DNA from: Terriglobia bacterium
Lineage (GTDB): Bacteria > Acidobacteriota > Terriglobia > JAJPHL01 > JAPKYU01
Assembly: GCA_965206645.1 (NCBI GenBank)
Contig: CBDBKE010000002.1
Coordinates: forward strand, 320,001-384,000
Length of the DNA: 64,000 nucleotides
Direction: 5' to 3'
Both the position numbers and the translations under genes were made by a program. This document shows, piece after piece, positions 41,929 through 51,841 of this stretch. The notes beneath the pieces were generated by a model. It was not told where the DNA came from. It worked only from the letters and a program-made list of their open reading frames with translations, and did no database searches. The stretch's first letter is position 1, and each line of letters starts with the position of its first letter.

Positions 41929-43286
41929 ATGAGCAACGACCCGAAACAGCATTTCCATGACCGTACTCACCAGAACTCGTGGGCATCTGGAGTTTCACGC
42001 CGCAAGCTCTTCCAGGCTGGGGTGGCTTTCACCCCGCTGAGCCTGATTGGGTCCTCAGGCAAGGACCCGCTTCTGGCCCAAGCACCCGGTGGTGCGCCGC
42101 TGGGGGTGGTCGGGGAGCCGCGCTCGGATTCCACAATCTGGAAGTCGCTTCGGCAGCACGCTGCGGGCATGTCTCCGCAAGCCGTGCGCGACTTGCAGAA
42201 TCCGGAGATCCCGTTAGAAAAGCGTTGGAAGGACCTCGCTCCTTATTGGCCGTTCACGCGGACGACGGGCTACGGTCGCTGCATGCTGATCGCGGCGCGT
42301 GATCTGTTTGGCGTTGAAGATATTAACGCGCAGACCTATCGCCTGTTATCCGAGCGGATCTCGGCGGCGAACCGCTTCGGGTGGTACGAGACCGTATTGA
42401 AGGACAGAGCCCGCATCGAAAGCTGCGTGCTCGATGACTTGACTACCCAGCGTGGGGAGCCGCTCAAGCCCGACCCTAGGTTCTTCAAGATCGTGACGCG
42501 CTTCGATTATATCGTCACTGCCGACAGCAGAGATGATCTGACGCATATCGAGAAAGTCACTGGGGTGGCTGTTCACACGCTGGCCGATCTTGAGAAAGCG
42601 CTGGAAAAGGCAGTGGACAAGGGATTACGCGAGGGATTGGCGGGGATCAAGACGGCCCTCGCCTATGAACGCACCATCCAATTCGATAAAGTATCCCGAG
42701 CTGATGCCGAACGCTGCTTTGCTTCCCTTTCCCACCCGTCTTCTTCGCGGCCGCAGGAGCCGGCGGCGCGCAAGCCGCTCGAAGATTTTCTGTTGCACAA
42801 GGTCATCCAGCAGGCCGCTGAGCACCACCTGCCCGTTCAGATCCACACTGGCATGCAGAACGGAAACCGTAACCACGTCGCCTGGACGCGTCCATCGCAC
42901 CTCAGCGAACTGCTAAACGAATACCGTCAGGTCCGATTCGACCTGTTCCACGGGGGATATCCCTACGGCAGTGAATTCGCCACCTTGGCCAAGAATCTAC
43001 CCAACGTCTACCCCGACCTCTGCTGGCTGCACATCATCGCGCCCGGAGTGGCGAAGAGGAGCTTGCGCGAGTTGATCGAGACCGTACCCGCCAGCAAGAT
43101 CTTGGGATTCGGCGGGGACTTTAAGCACGTGGAGGGGCCTACGCCCACGCGCAAATGGCTCGCGCCATCACCGCTGAAGTACTGGCCGAGAAGGTGGAGG
43201 ATGGCTACCTCAAAGAAGAGGAAGCGGCGGTGCTGATGGAGAGAATCCTCTACCGGAACGGTAGGGAGTTGTTTGCCTCGCGATGA
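41929..43286 (+). pseudogene. Amidohydrolase-family protein, frameshifted near 43138 and apparently lacking the N-terminal HxH
   Basis: SRRKLF Tat motif; QIHTG, LFHGGYP, DLCW and FGGD motifs; the C-terminus continues in another frame (YAHAQMARA...ILYRNGRELF). Confidence 0.75.
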
Positions 43287-43463
43287 GGTGAAGGGCAAGC
43301 GGATGTAACACCAAACTCGCGGGCGCTTTTAGGACTCGCTCCCTTGGCTCGGGGGTATCGGCATTCCTGCGCTGGACGGATTCTCTGCTGCGCTGTGTTC
43401 CACGCGAGCGCGGTCTACCGCGATTACCGCACGGGAGGGAGTCTCAAGCTTACGGCGGAAGGT

Positions 43464-43949
43464 TCACGCGGCCTGTCCGCCCGGACGGGAAGCACTCCGG
43501 ATGGCTAAAGGCAAGCGGTGTCTATTAACCACTGCTCCGATAACGAGCAGCACCAATGATGTGGCGGCTACAGTCCAGCCAAATGGCAGGCCGGGAAGCC
43601 TTGACGTTGCCTCCGAGCCGGCGGCCATAAGCAATCCCAGGCAAGACCAGCTCATGAATTACGCATGGTGTGACACCCGCGTGCCGCGCGGTTGCTTCCG
43701 ACAGGCGGGAACGAACCCAGCAGCAACGGTGGCCAAACTCAGTAGGGCGAACCAATGAAATGTACCAAATCCGCCGAACAGGTCGTAAATCATAAGCGCA
43801 GTTGCATTGAGTCCAACCATGCAGGGGAAATAGGTCCGCACCAACAAGCGGTGCCGTCGAGTTCCTTTGCGGCGGGACACAACGCTGGCGCCGGAGAGTG
43901 TCGTCGCCCCCAAACCCAAACCGGTCTGAACGAGCCCCAGAATGTCCAT
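43464..43949 (-). pseudogene. DUF2306-like membrane protein with in-frame TAA at 43659-43661
   Basis: RKGTRRHR...FHWFALLS...HHA*FMSWS; the two ORFs share one frame. Confidence 0.65.
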
Positions 43950-44153
43950 AGCGCCTGTGTCCTCTGTATTCAACCTAGCACAGGCTATACGAACAAACCT
44001 CTTTTCTAATGCGCGCCCGAAGAGGTAACAGCACCCGCAGGCGGGTCGACGCGGCAACCAGGCCAGGCGCGGGATGACCTCAGGCGGCGCGGTTTGGTGG
44101 GGTGAAGCGAGGTCTGGATTTGGTTGGAGCGCTCCGGTCCAGCCGGAACTAGG

Positions 44154-44411
44154 CTACTCGGCTTTCTGCCTGAGACCGAACCAATTCCCCCCGGGTCCAG
44201 GAAAATGGCAAACGGCCCCCAGGGCATGTGTTTCGGCGGCTGAGTAAATGTGACCCCTCGCGAAGACATCTCCTGATGCTTCGCTTCGATGTCCTCGCAC
44301 GCGAATACGACAGAAGGTTTTCGTTCTGACCAGTCCGTCATCATCGACTTGGGGTAGATAACCAAACACGACTCGGCACCCTCCAGCCCTACCTCCAGCC
44401 ACCTCGCCTCA
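44154..44411 (-). pseudogene. VOC/glyoxalase family fragment, 5'-truncated and frameshifted
   Basis: RWLEV...VFACEDI...GVTFTQPPKHMPWG...FLDP/GNWFGL. Confidence 0.75.
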
Positions 44412-44554
44412 GACTCTGCGCGTCCCTACATTAACCCCTTGGCTTCGCCACTGATCCCCCGGTGGCGTAGCCCGTGTGAGTGTCTATCTCGTGGTGGAGT
44501 CGGCTCGTGTGGGTCCTGAGACCTGCAGCTCTCGGAGTTCTTCCTGGGAGGATT

Positions 44555-44582
44555 AGTAAACACTAGCCGACTAGTGGAGACC
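44555..44582 (-). repeat. dif-like 11-6-11 site C: GGTCTCCACTA GTCGGC TAGTGTTTACT
   Basis: 60 bp past the stop of the dehydrogenase gene; direct repeat of site D. Confidence 0.6.
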
Positions 44583-44642
44583 TATCCACTAAATCCGAGG
44601 CAAGCGTCTTGTACTCAAAGACCTGGACTGAGGCGAAGCGGG

Positions 44643-46526
44643 CTACTGTATGGCGATGGTGACGGTGTTCGAGGTGGCGCCGCCTATGCTGAGCACGACC
44701 GGCACGTTATCGCCGGGGGGCGCGTTTGCAGGCACCTGGACGTCAACTTGGTAAAGCCCTACGAATCCGGGAGCTAGCCCAGAGAAGCTCACGGTTGCCG
44801 CCACACCGCCAATGGTCACGGTGGGAGTCGTGGTCGTCCCGGGCAGCGAATTGATCGAGGCCGCATCGCCAGTCGCTGGTTGGTTCGTCACCGGCCCCAG
44901 GCCGGTGCAGAAGGTCGAAACAAACTCTCCTCGCATGGCTGGTCGGGAGCCGGAGAACATTCCCACCGGTGCAGCTACAGACGCCGTATTGGCAATCAAG
45001 ATGGCACCTTGACCGCTACCCGCCGCGTTGGCAGCAAACAGCCCAGGCTCGAAGGGTGCCAGATCTATTGTCTGCGGACTGCTCGCTGCCGTCCCGGCGG
45101 TAACGCTCAGCGACGCCTGCGCCTGTCCCTGCAGTTGCCAAGGAATTTGGAAGTTGATCTGAGTAGGGGAGACGAGGAACAACGGTACCGCAATGCCATT
45201 GAGTCGCAACGTGGTGTGGAAGATCGTGGTAGGCGGTGCTTCAACAGAAGCGCCGGTCGCAGGGGCGAGGTTGGTGCCGAATACGGACGCGATGCTGCCA
45301 GGCGCCACCGCAGCCCCGGATGCAAAGCTAGCTCCGTTGACCACGCCACCCTCGTTCACGGCAGGCTGGGGTGCGTCGGGATCGACAATCCGCCGCACAC
45401 TGCCCTTGTAATCCACCACGTAGACTTCGCCACTTTCGTCTTCCCCGAACGAGCTGATGGATAGGCCGGTGCTCAACACTTGTTCTCTCTGCCACTGTCC
45501 AAGGGGAATCTCCGTCAGAGCCCAAAGGCGGCCCGAAATGAAATCGGCGAACAGGTACTTTCCCCAAAGAGAAGGAGCGGAAGGCCCCCGGTAGACGTAA
45601 CCGCCTGTGACTGACCTTCCAAGATCTCGACCGTATTCGTGGATGGGCGGAATCAGGCCGGATGTGTTGCAGTCGCTAGGTGGTAAGAAACACAGTGTGC
45701 CCTCCATGATATTCCAGCCATAGTTGCCTCCTTTAACGATGATGTCGATTTCCTCGAGGCGATTCTGGCCTACATCTCCGGCCATCAGCCGGCCCGTCAC
45801 CCGGTCGAAGGAAAAACGCCAGGGATTGCGCAGGCCGTAGGCCCAGATCTCATTGCGGCCAGGCTTTCCCACGAACGGGTTGTCCTGAGGTGCGGCGAAA
45901 GGACTGCCGGAATCGACATCGATCCGCAGGATTTTGCCCAGGAGTGCTTCGAGATTCTGACCGTTGCCCTGCGGGTCGCCACCCGATCCGCCATCGCCGG
46001 TTCCAATGTAAAGAAATCCGTCCGGGCCGAACGCCAGCATCCCGCCGTTGTGGTTAGAAAAGGGTTGCCGGAAGCTAAGCAGAATCTCCTCCGACCCCTT
46101 TACCGCCAGATTCACGTTTTCCGGCGAGACGGCATATTCGGCAACCACCGTCTCCAGTCCGTTCGCTCCGTCCCGAGTGTAGTTGACAAAAAAGCGGCCA
46201 TTAGTCGGATAGCTGGGATGGAAAGCCAATCCCAGCAGGCCCCGTTCGCCCCCGGACCGAACCCGATCCGAGATTTCCAGAAAGGGCGTAGCCAGGAGGG
46301 CGTCCCCGGAGAGGATCCGTATGCGGCCGCCTTGTTCGACAATAAACAGTCGGTCACTGCCGTCACCGGCTGTGGTGACGTAAAGGGGCGACGAAAGACC
46401 ACTGGTAATCGTTTCGAGTTCGCCGGCGGCTCTAGCATCCCCGGTAAGGATTACAAAAACGGCCGCCAGCAGTAGAAACCGAAGTCGCCACCGAAGGTAG
46501 AAGAGATTTTCAGATTTCCAGGCCAC
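44643..46526 (-). CDS. PQQ-dependent sugar dehydrogenase (GSDH beta-propeller) fused to TIGR03437-type C-terminal domain
   Basis: ERGLLGLAFHP, NHNGG, GKILRID, YGLRNPWR and GGNYGW motifs, then GVVNGASF...GLYQV. Start uncertain (46526-46610). Confidence 0.88.
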   Translation of the reverse strand: MAWKSENLFYLRWRLRFLLLAAVFVILTGDARAAGELETITSGLSSPLYVTTAGDGSDRLFIVEQGGRIRILSGDALLATPFLEISDRVRSGGERGLLGLAFHPSYPTNGRFFVNYTRDGANGLETVVAEYAVSPENVNLAVKGSEEILLSFRQPFSNHNGGMLAFGPDGFLYIGTGDGGSGGDPQGNGQNLEALLGKILRIDVDSGSPFAAPQDNPFVGKPGRNEIWAYGLRNPWRFSFDRVTGRLMAGDVGQNRLEEIDIIVKGGNYGWNIMEGTLCFLPPSDCNTSGLIPPIHEYGRDLGRSVTGGYVYRGPSAPSLWGKYLFADFISGRLWALTEIPLGQWQREQVLSTGLSISSFGEDESGEVYVVDYKGSVRRIVDPDAPQPAVNEGGVVNGASFASGAAVAPGSIASVFGTNLAPATGASVEAPPTTIFHTTLRLNGIAVPLFLVSPTQINFQIPWQLQGQAQASLSVTAGTAASSPQTIDLAPFEPGLFAANAAGSGQGAILIANTASVAAPVGMFSGSRPAMRGEFVSTFCTGLGPVTNQPATGDAASINSLPGTTTTPTVTIGGVAATVSFSGLAPGFVGLYQVDVQVPANAPPGDNVPVVLSIGGATSNTVTIAIQ

Positions 46527-46625
46527 GTTCCCCACCTCTAGAGTATAGGTCGGCCCCGTTAAGTCGGAATTTCCGAAATTAAGCCTCCTCTTTTCGAGTT
46601 GGTCGCACACCCCGCTAGCTAGATA

Positions 46626-46653
46626 AGTAAACGCTAACCGACTAGTGGAGACC
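46626..46653 (-). repeat. dif-like 11-6-11 site D: GGTCTCCACTA GTCGGT TAGCGTTTACT
   Basis: 26/28 identical to site C; lies upstream of the dehydrogenase gene. Confidence 0.6.
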
Positions 46654-46730
46654 TATCTGCTAGGTCTGAGCCATCTCTTGCCGTTTCAGAGAATTACATG
46701 AGCCTGAGAAAGTATCGGCAGCGAGGCATG

Positions 46731-47340
46731 CTAGATTGCCTCGGGGTTCCCTGCGAGCGGATTTCGGACCTCCTTCTCCGGGCCAGCCGGGGAGCTAGGC
46801 TGCGCTGCCCCCGCAGTGAGCGAAAAGCCCCAAATGGCTGCCGCTAGCACCGCTGCCAAGTTTCCAGACCGCCCACAGAAGCTACCGTTTAACGGTGCCA
46901 GATCCTCAGCTCCCAATCTGCGCCATACCTTATGTGGCCTAGTGTTTGCCCGGACTCTCTTTGGCGAGGATGCCGTGGGGCAAGGCGACGGCGAAAAGGG
47001 CGCTTCCCGCGGCGATGACGACGTACTGCTTGCCGCCGAGCGCGTAGGCGCTGGGGCTGCAGCTCATGCTGTGGGGCCTGTCCAAGAAGGTCGTCATCGC
47101 CGACCGGCTTGCCACGTTCGTCGATTCTGCCTACGGGCAGCCCAGTTTTTCATCGCCCGCCGATCTGGTTCTGGCCATCTACTTTTCGCCTTCAGTTGCA
47201 CTGCGATTTTTCGGGCACACCTTCGCCAGTCGGCTCGTGATGGCGGGCATTGACATCAGGACAGCAGAAGCCGTGGAACGTCTGGTAGCCGCAAGTGACA
47301 CCGCTACTGACACCAAGCCCTATGGTGATGAACCGGACTG
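46731..47340. pseudogene. Mosaic of fragments: signal-peptide N-terminus (-), PQQ-dehydrogenase C-terminus (-), MBOAT fragment (+), integrase C-terminus (+)
   Basis: VRNPLAGNPEAI*; SPSAYALGGKQYVVIAAGSALFAVALP; WGLSKKVVIADRLATFVD; HTFASRLVMAGIDIRT. Confidence 0.65.
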
Positions 47341-47361
47341 GCCGCAAGTGATTGAGGAAGT

Positions 47362-47437
47362 TGGTGGCGGCGGTGCGACTCGAACGCACGACCTAGGGAT
47401 TATGAGACCCTCGCTCTGCCGACTGAGCTACGCCGCC
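47362..47437 (-). tRNA. tRNA-Met (CAT), elongator-like
   Basis: GGCGGCG/CGCCGCC + ACCA; anticodon loop CTCATAA; G1-C72 paired, so not initiator. Ile2 is not strictly excluded. Confidence 0.93.
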
Positions 47438-47469
47438 TGCAGGGAGTCGGCTTAACACCCTTCATACTT

Positions 47470-47499
47470 ATGCTATCGGAGGCGGAGGCGAGGTGTCAA
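47470..47499 (-). promoter_or_regulatory. Putative sigma70 promoter of tRNA-Met
   Basis: TTGACA-18 bp-TAGCAT on the minus strand. Confidence 0.45.
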
Positions 47500-47593
47500 A
47501 GGAACTGCCGGCGCGGAGCCGCTCCTGCCGAGAGAGGCCGCCAGTCGGACCCGGGGAGCCGCACCCTTGCCGTCGCTGCCCCTTGTTCCGGCG

Positions 47594-49576
47594 CTACAGT
47601 CTGGCGATCACAATCACAGTGAGTACGCTGAAGAAGACGCCGGCACACAGCACTCCCAATTGCACCATCCAGTGGGATCGCAGCGGTGCGGGCAGAAAAA
47701 CGCGATTGAGGTAAAAGGTGTGGAAAGCGTTGGCTGCCAGGACGGCGTTCGCCAGGCCCGCTCCAAACTTGGCGAGCTGCAGAGGATCGAGGAAGGCCAG
47801 CGAGAACAGGCCCCAGAATCCGTACACAACCAGGATGCCATAGTAAATATACTTGACCTGGTTTCCCTGAAGCCGTTGCGCACTCTTACTCGTGGCCCAG
47901 ATGAGGTCTGTCCAGAGGCGGGCGATGATGTCGGTTGCAAACACCTGCCCGGGACCCAGGATCACGAAGCCACAAAGCAAGGTCACAAACCAGAGGAGTG
48001 GTCCGTAGTCGGCATACTGTTGCGCCATAGCTCCGGCGGTCATGGCCGCAATGCGGTCGCCCACCACCGGGGCGTGACGGATGAAGCGCAAGGAGATCAT
48101 ACAGGGCAGCGCCATGCCCAACAGCGAGGCGATCATCCAGAGGCCGGCCTGATCACGCCACATGTGGCGGATCCAGCCGCGCCATCGGCCCAGGTTCGCG
48201 GCAGTGAGGGGAAAGACCTGGCCGGTATGAGAAAGGGTAACCCGTCCCCCGCCAACGGCACTGGGGATGGCCCCCACGCGAGCTCCCATTCCCCAACCTT
48301 TATCCCGCACGTAATTCGATATGAGAGCATTGGCGATCCCGCCGGCGCCGGCGATGGAGGCAAAGGCGGCCAGCAGTGCCCAGTCCAGATCGGGAAGCTG
48401 ACCACCGCCAAACAGGTAGCCGAGGAGGTTTTTATGCTGGACGCCTCGATTGCGGACCAGCTCAGTGAACGTCGAGGCCAGCGGCTCAGGGATTTCTTCC
48501 AGTTTTGTCCAGCTTGACTGCTGATCGCCCTCCTGCGCCGAAAACGCTACCGGCATCCATCTCCCGTCCGAATCCACATCACCTTCGACGACAAGAATCT
48601 TCTCTCCCTGCCGGTGCCGGACAAAGAACCCCCCTTTCTCGACGCGAGCCAGCGCCGCGGCAACCATCCGTTGATATCGCGGTTGAAGATCGGGAGAAAT
48701 GCTGTCGCCCATCGCGAAGCTCTGCTTATTTTCCCCGGTGCGGACGATAAATGAGGTTACCAATGGCTGGCCATCCTCCAGCGTGCCCCTCACGGTATAA
48801 ACGGACGGCCCCTCGTATTCCGTGAGAGTGAAGTGGGGACCCAGGATAATCGTCTCGGCGCGCTCCGGTACCGTGCCAATCCGGAAAAAGCCCTGGACCA
48901 CTTCCCAGGCAATGTTGCCGGGAACCATCAGTGCACAGATGATGATGAAGTAACCCAGGACAAGGACCAGCTTGGTGGTCATGAGCCACTCGATCATCTT
49001 GTAAACGGTCCCTCCGAAAATCAGGGGGACGAATGCTCCCAGGAACACGCAGTAGCCCAGGATCTTGACGAACGCGCTCTCGGAGATCGTTAATCCAAGT
49101 ATGGTGATCGTGGCGTCGCCGGGGAGATGACCGAGGATGGCCGCCGCCAACGGAACGGCGGCATTGGCGGCCATGAAAGGAAAGATATCAGAGATCATTA
49201 AGGTTACATAAACGATCGCCCAGAGCCGCGGACCAGGTCGAGTGCGGAAAAATCCGACCCAGACTGGTTCGCCCGTGTAGAGCGTATATCGGATCACTTC
49301 GAGGTTGACGAACAGCTGAGTAACGATGCTGAGGGCGGCCAGCCACAGGATGACTGCGCCATATTGAGCCGTGACCGCCGGTCCGAACAGCCACTCTCCA
49401 CCGCCAATCGAAGCGCCCGCAAGCAGCAGGCCCGGCCCGGCCGCCTTCTTTAAATAGGCGAAGCCGCCTTTTGGTGCGGGGGGCAAATCTCCGGTCGTCC
49501 AGGGACGGAGCGCGCCGGCCTCCACAAGCTTCGGTGTTTTGGTTTCAGATAGGTTCGTGTCCTGGCCCGACTCCAT
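47594..49576 (-). CDS. Nramp-related (YcsG-like) transporter with large inserted soluble domain, paralog 1
   Basis: GPGLLLAGASIGGGEW, RYTLYTGE and YVRDKGWGMG motifs; many TM segments. Confidence 0.78.
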   Translation of the reverse strand: MESGQDTNLSETKTPKLVEAGALRPWTTGDLPPAPKGGFAYLKKAAGPGLLLAGASIGGGEWLFGPAVTAQYGAVILWLAALSIVTQLFVNLEVIRYTLYTGEPVWVGFFRTRPGPRLWAIVYVTLMISDIFPFMAANAAVPLAAAILGHLPGDATITILGLTISESAFVKILGYCVFLGAFVPLIFGGTVYKMIEWLMTTKLVLVLGYFIIICALMVPGNIAWEVVQGFFRIGTVPERAETIILGPHFTLTEYEGPSVYTVRGTLEDGQPLVTSFIVRTGENKQSFAMGDSISPDLQPRYQRMVAAALARVEKGGFFVRHRQGEKILVVEGDVDSDGRWMPVAFSAQEGDQQSSWTKLEEIPEPLASTFTELVRNRGVQHKNLLGYLFGGGQLPDLDWALLAAFASIAGAGGIANALISNYVRDKGWGMGARVGAIPSAVGGGRVTLSHTGQVFPLTAANLGRWRGWIRHMWRDQAGLWMIASLLGMALPCMISLRFIRHAPVVGDRIAAMTAGAMAQQYADYGPLLWFVTLLCGFVILGPGQVFATDIIARLWTDLIWATSKSAQRLQGNQVKYIYYGILVVYGFWGLFSLAFLDPLQLAKFGAGLANAVLAANAFHTFYLNRVFLPAPLRSHWMVQLGVLCAGVFFSVLTVIVIARL

Positions 49577-49646
49577 AGCACCTCCAGTTTGGATACGTCT
49601 TCGCTTGCTGGCTGCTGGCTGCTGGCTGCTGGCGGGAGGCTTCCGG

Positions 49647-51629
49647 CTACACTCTAGCGATCACAATCGCACTGAGTACACCGAAGAAGGTGCCGGCGCA
49701 CAGCAGTCCCAATTGCACGATCCAGTGGGATCGCAGCGGTGGGGGCAGGAAAACGCGATTGGTGTAGAAGGTGTGGAAAGCGGTAGCCGCCAGAACGACG
49801 TTTGCGAGGCCCGCTCCAATCTTGGCGATCTGCAGAGGATCGAGGAAGGCCAGCGAGTACACGCCCCAGGATCCGTACACAACCAGGATACCGTAGTAAA
49901 TATACTTGACCTGGTTTCCCTGAAGCCGTTGCGCCCTCTTATTCGACACCCAGAGAAGGTCTGTCCAGAGGCGGGCGATGATGTCGGCCGCAAACACCTG
50001 CCCGGGACCCAGTACCATGAAGCCCGTAAACAAGGTCAGGATCCAGAGAAGTGGTCCGTAGTCGGCATACTGTTGCGCCATAGCTCCGGCGGTCATGGCC
50101 GCAACGCGGTCGCCCACCACCGGGGCGTGACGGATGAAGCGCAAGGAGATCATGCAGGGCAGCGCCATGCCCAACAGCGAGGCGATCATCCAGATGCAAA
50201 GCTGGTCGCGCCAAATGTGGCGGATCCAGCCGCGCCAGCGGCCCAAGTTGGCTTGATTCAGGGGAAAGACCTGTCCGGTATGGGAAAGAGTAACCCGTCC
50301 TCCGCCAACGGCACTGGGGATGGCCCCCACGCGAGCCCCCATTCCCCAACCTTTATCCCGCACGTAATTCGAGAGGAGAGCATTGGCGATCCCGCCGGCG
50401 CCGGCGATGGAGGCAAAGGCGGCCAGCAGTGCCCAGTCCAGGTCGGGAAGCTGACCACCGCCAAACAGGTAGCCGAGGAGGTTTTTGTGCTCGACGCCTC
50501 GATTGCGTACCAGCTCAGTGAACGTCGAGGCCAGCGGCTCAGGGATTTCTTCCAGTTTTGTCCAGCTTGACTGCTGATCGCCCTCCTGCGCCGAAAACGC
50601 CACCGGCTTCCATCTCCCGTCCGAATCCACATCACCTTCGACGACAAGGATCTTCTCTTCCTGCCGGTGCCGGACAAAGAATCCCCCCTGTTCGACGCGA
50701 GCCAGCGCCGCGGCAACCATCCGTTGATATCGCGGTTGAAGGTCGGGAGAAATGCTGTCGCCCATGGCGAAGCTCTGCTTATTTTCCCCGGTGCGGACGA
50801 TAAATGAGGTTACCAATGGCTGGCCATCCTCCAGCGTACCCCTCACGGTATAAACGGACGGCCCATCGTGTTCGGTAAGGGTGAAGTGGGGACCCAGGAT
50901 AATCGTCTCGGCGCGCAGCGGCACCGTGCCAAACCGGAAAAAGCCCTGGACCACTTCCCAAGCAATGTTGCCGGGCACCATCAGGGCTGCGATGATGATG
51001 GAGTAACCCAGGACCAGAACCAGCTTGGTGGTCATGAGCCACTCGATCACCTTGTAAATGGTTCCTCCGAAAATCAGAGGCACGAATGCTCCCAGGAACA
51101 CGCAGTAGCCCAGGACCTTGACGAACGCGCTCTCGGAAATCGTGAATCCAACTATGGTGATCGTGGCGTCGCCGGGGAGATGGCCGAGGATGGCCGCCGC
51201 CAACGGAACCGCGGCATTGGCGGCCATGAAAGGCCAGATCATATAGGAGCATAAAATCACATAAAAGGCGGTCCAGAGCCGCGGACCGGGCCGGGTGCGG
51301 AAAAATCCGACGAAGATGGGTTCGCCTGAGTAGAGCGTATATCGGATCAATTCAATGTTGATAAACAGCTGGCCGGCGATGCTGAGGAAGGCCAGCCACA
51401 GGAGAGCGGCGCCATATTGAGCCGAGACCGCCGGTCCGAACAGCCACTCTCCAGCGCCAATCGAAGCGCCCGCGAACAACAGTCCCGGCCCGATCGCTTT
51501 CTTCCAATAGGCGAGGCCGCCTCCCGGTGCGGGGGGCAAATCCCCGGTCGTCCAGGGACGGAGCGCGCCAGCCTCCACAAATTCCGGCGTTTGGGTTTCA
51601 GATAGGTTCGCGTCCTGGCCCGACTCCAT
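49647..51629 (-). CDS. Nramp-related (YcsG-like) transporter, paralog 2
   Basis: Colinear 660-aa tandem paralog; the upstream leader is also duplicated. Confidence 0.78.
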   Translation of the reverse strand: MESGQDANLSETQTPEFVEAGALRPWTTGDLPPAPGGGLAYWKKAIGPGLLFAGASIGAGEWLFGPAVSAQYGAALLWLAFLSIAGQLFINIELIRYTLYSGEPIFVGFFRTRPGPRLWTAFYVILCSYMIWPFMAANAAVPLAAAILGHLPGDATITIVGFTISESAFVKVLGYCVFLGAFVPLIFGGTIYKVIEWLMTTKLVLVLGYSIIIAALMVPGNIAWEVVQGFFRFGTVPLRAETIILGPHFTLTEHDGPSVYTVRGTLEDGQPLVTSFIVRTGENKQSFAMGDSISPDLQPRYQRMVAAALARVEQGGFFVRHRQEEKILVVEGDVDSDGRWKPVAFSAQEGDQQSSWTKLEEIPEPLASTFTELVRNRGVEHKNLLGYLFGGGQLPDLDWALLAAFASIAGAGGIANALLSNYVRDKGWGMGARVGAIPSAVGGGRVTLSHTGQVFPLNQANLGRWRGWIRHIWRDQLCIWMIASLLGMALPCMISLRFIRHAPVVGDRVAAMTAGAMAQQYADYGPLLWILTLFTGFMVLGPGQVFAADIIARLWTDLLWVSNKRAQRLQGNQVKYIYYGILVVYGSWGVYSLAFLDPLQIAKIGAGLANVVLAATAFHTFYTNRVFLPPPLRSHWIVQLGLLCAGTFFGVLSAIVIARV

Positions 51630-51841
51630 AGCACCTCCCGCTCAGATAAGTCTTCGCTTGCTGGCTGCTGAAGGGGGGCTTCCGCGCCAGCAGCCCGGAA
51701 CGTATCATGTATAACTGGTTTGAACAACTTGCTTGACGTGCTTTCCCTCGCACCACAGCCGGGGCAAAACAACTCGGCCCGCGAAGAAAAATGGAAGTCA
51801 GATAAATTGAACTTGCTGTCGTAACTGGAGGCCGAGCAACG

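Noticed and set aside
13665-46653. The 28-bp motif as classical integron attC, REP or sigma-factor promoter
   Set aside because: No RYYYAAC/GTTRRRY ends and no IntI in the window; no constant GTAG foot; orientation and distance to downstream starts vary. A transcription-factor operator is not fully excluded.
49604-49632. GCTGGCT heptamer run as a phase-variation tract
   Set aside because: Short intergenic microsatellite; no evidence of function from sequence alone.
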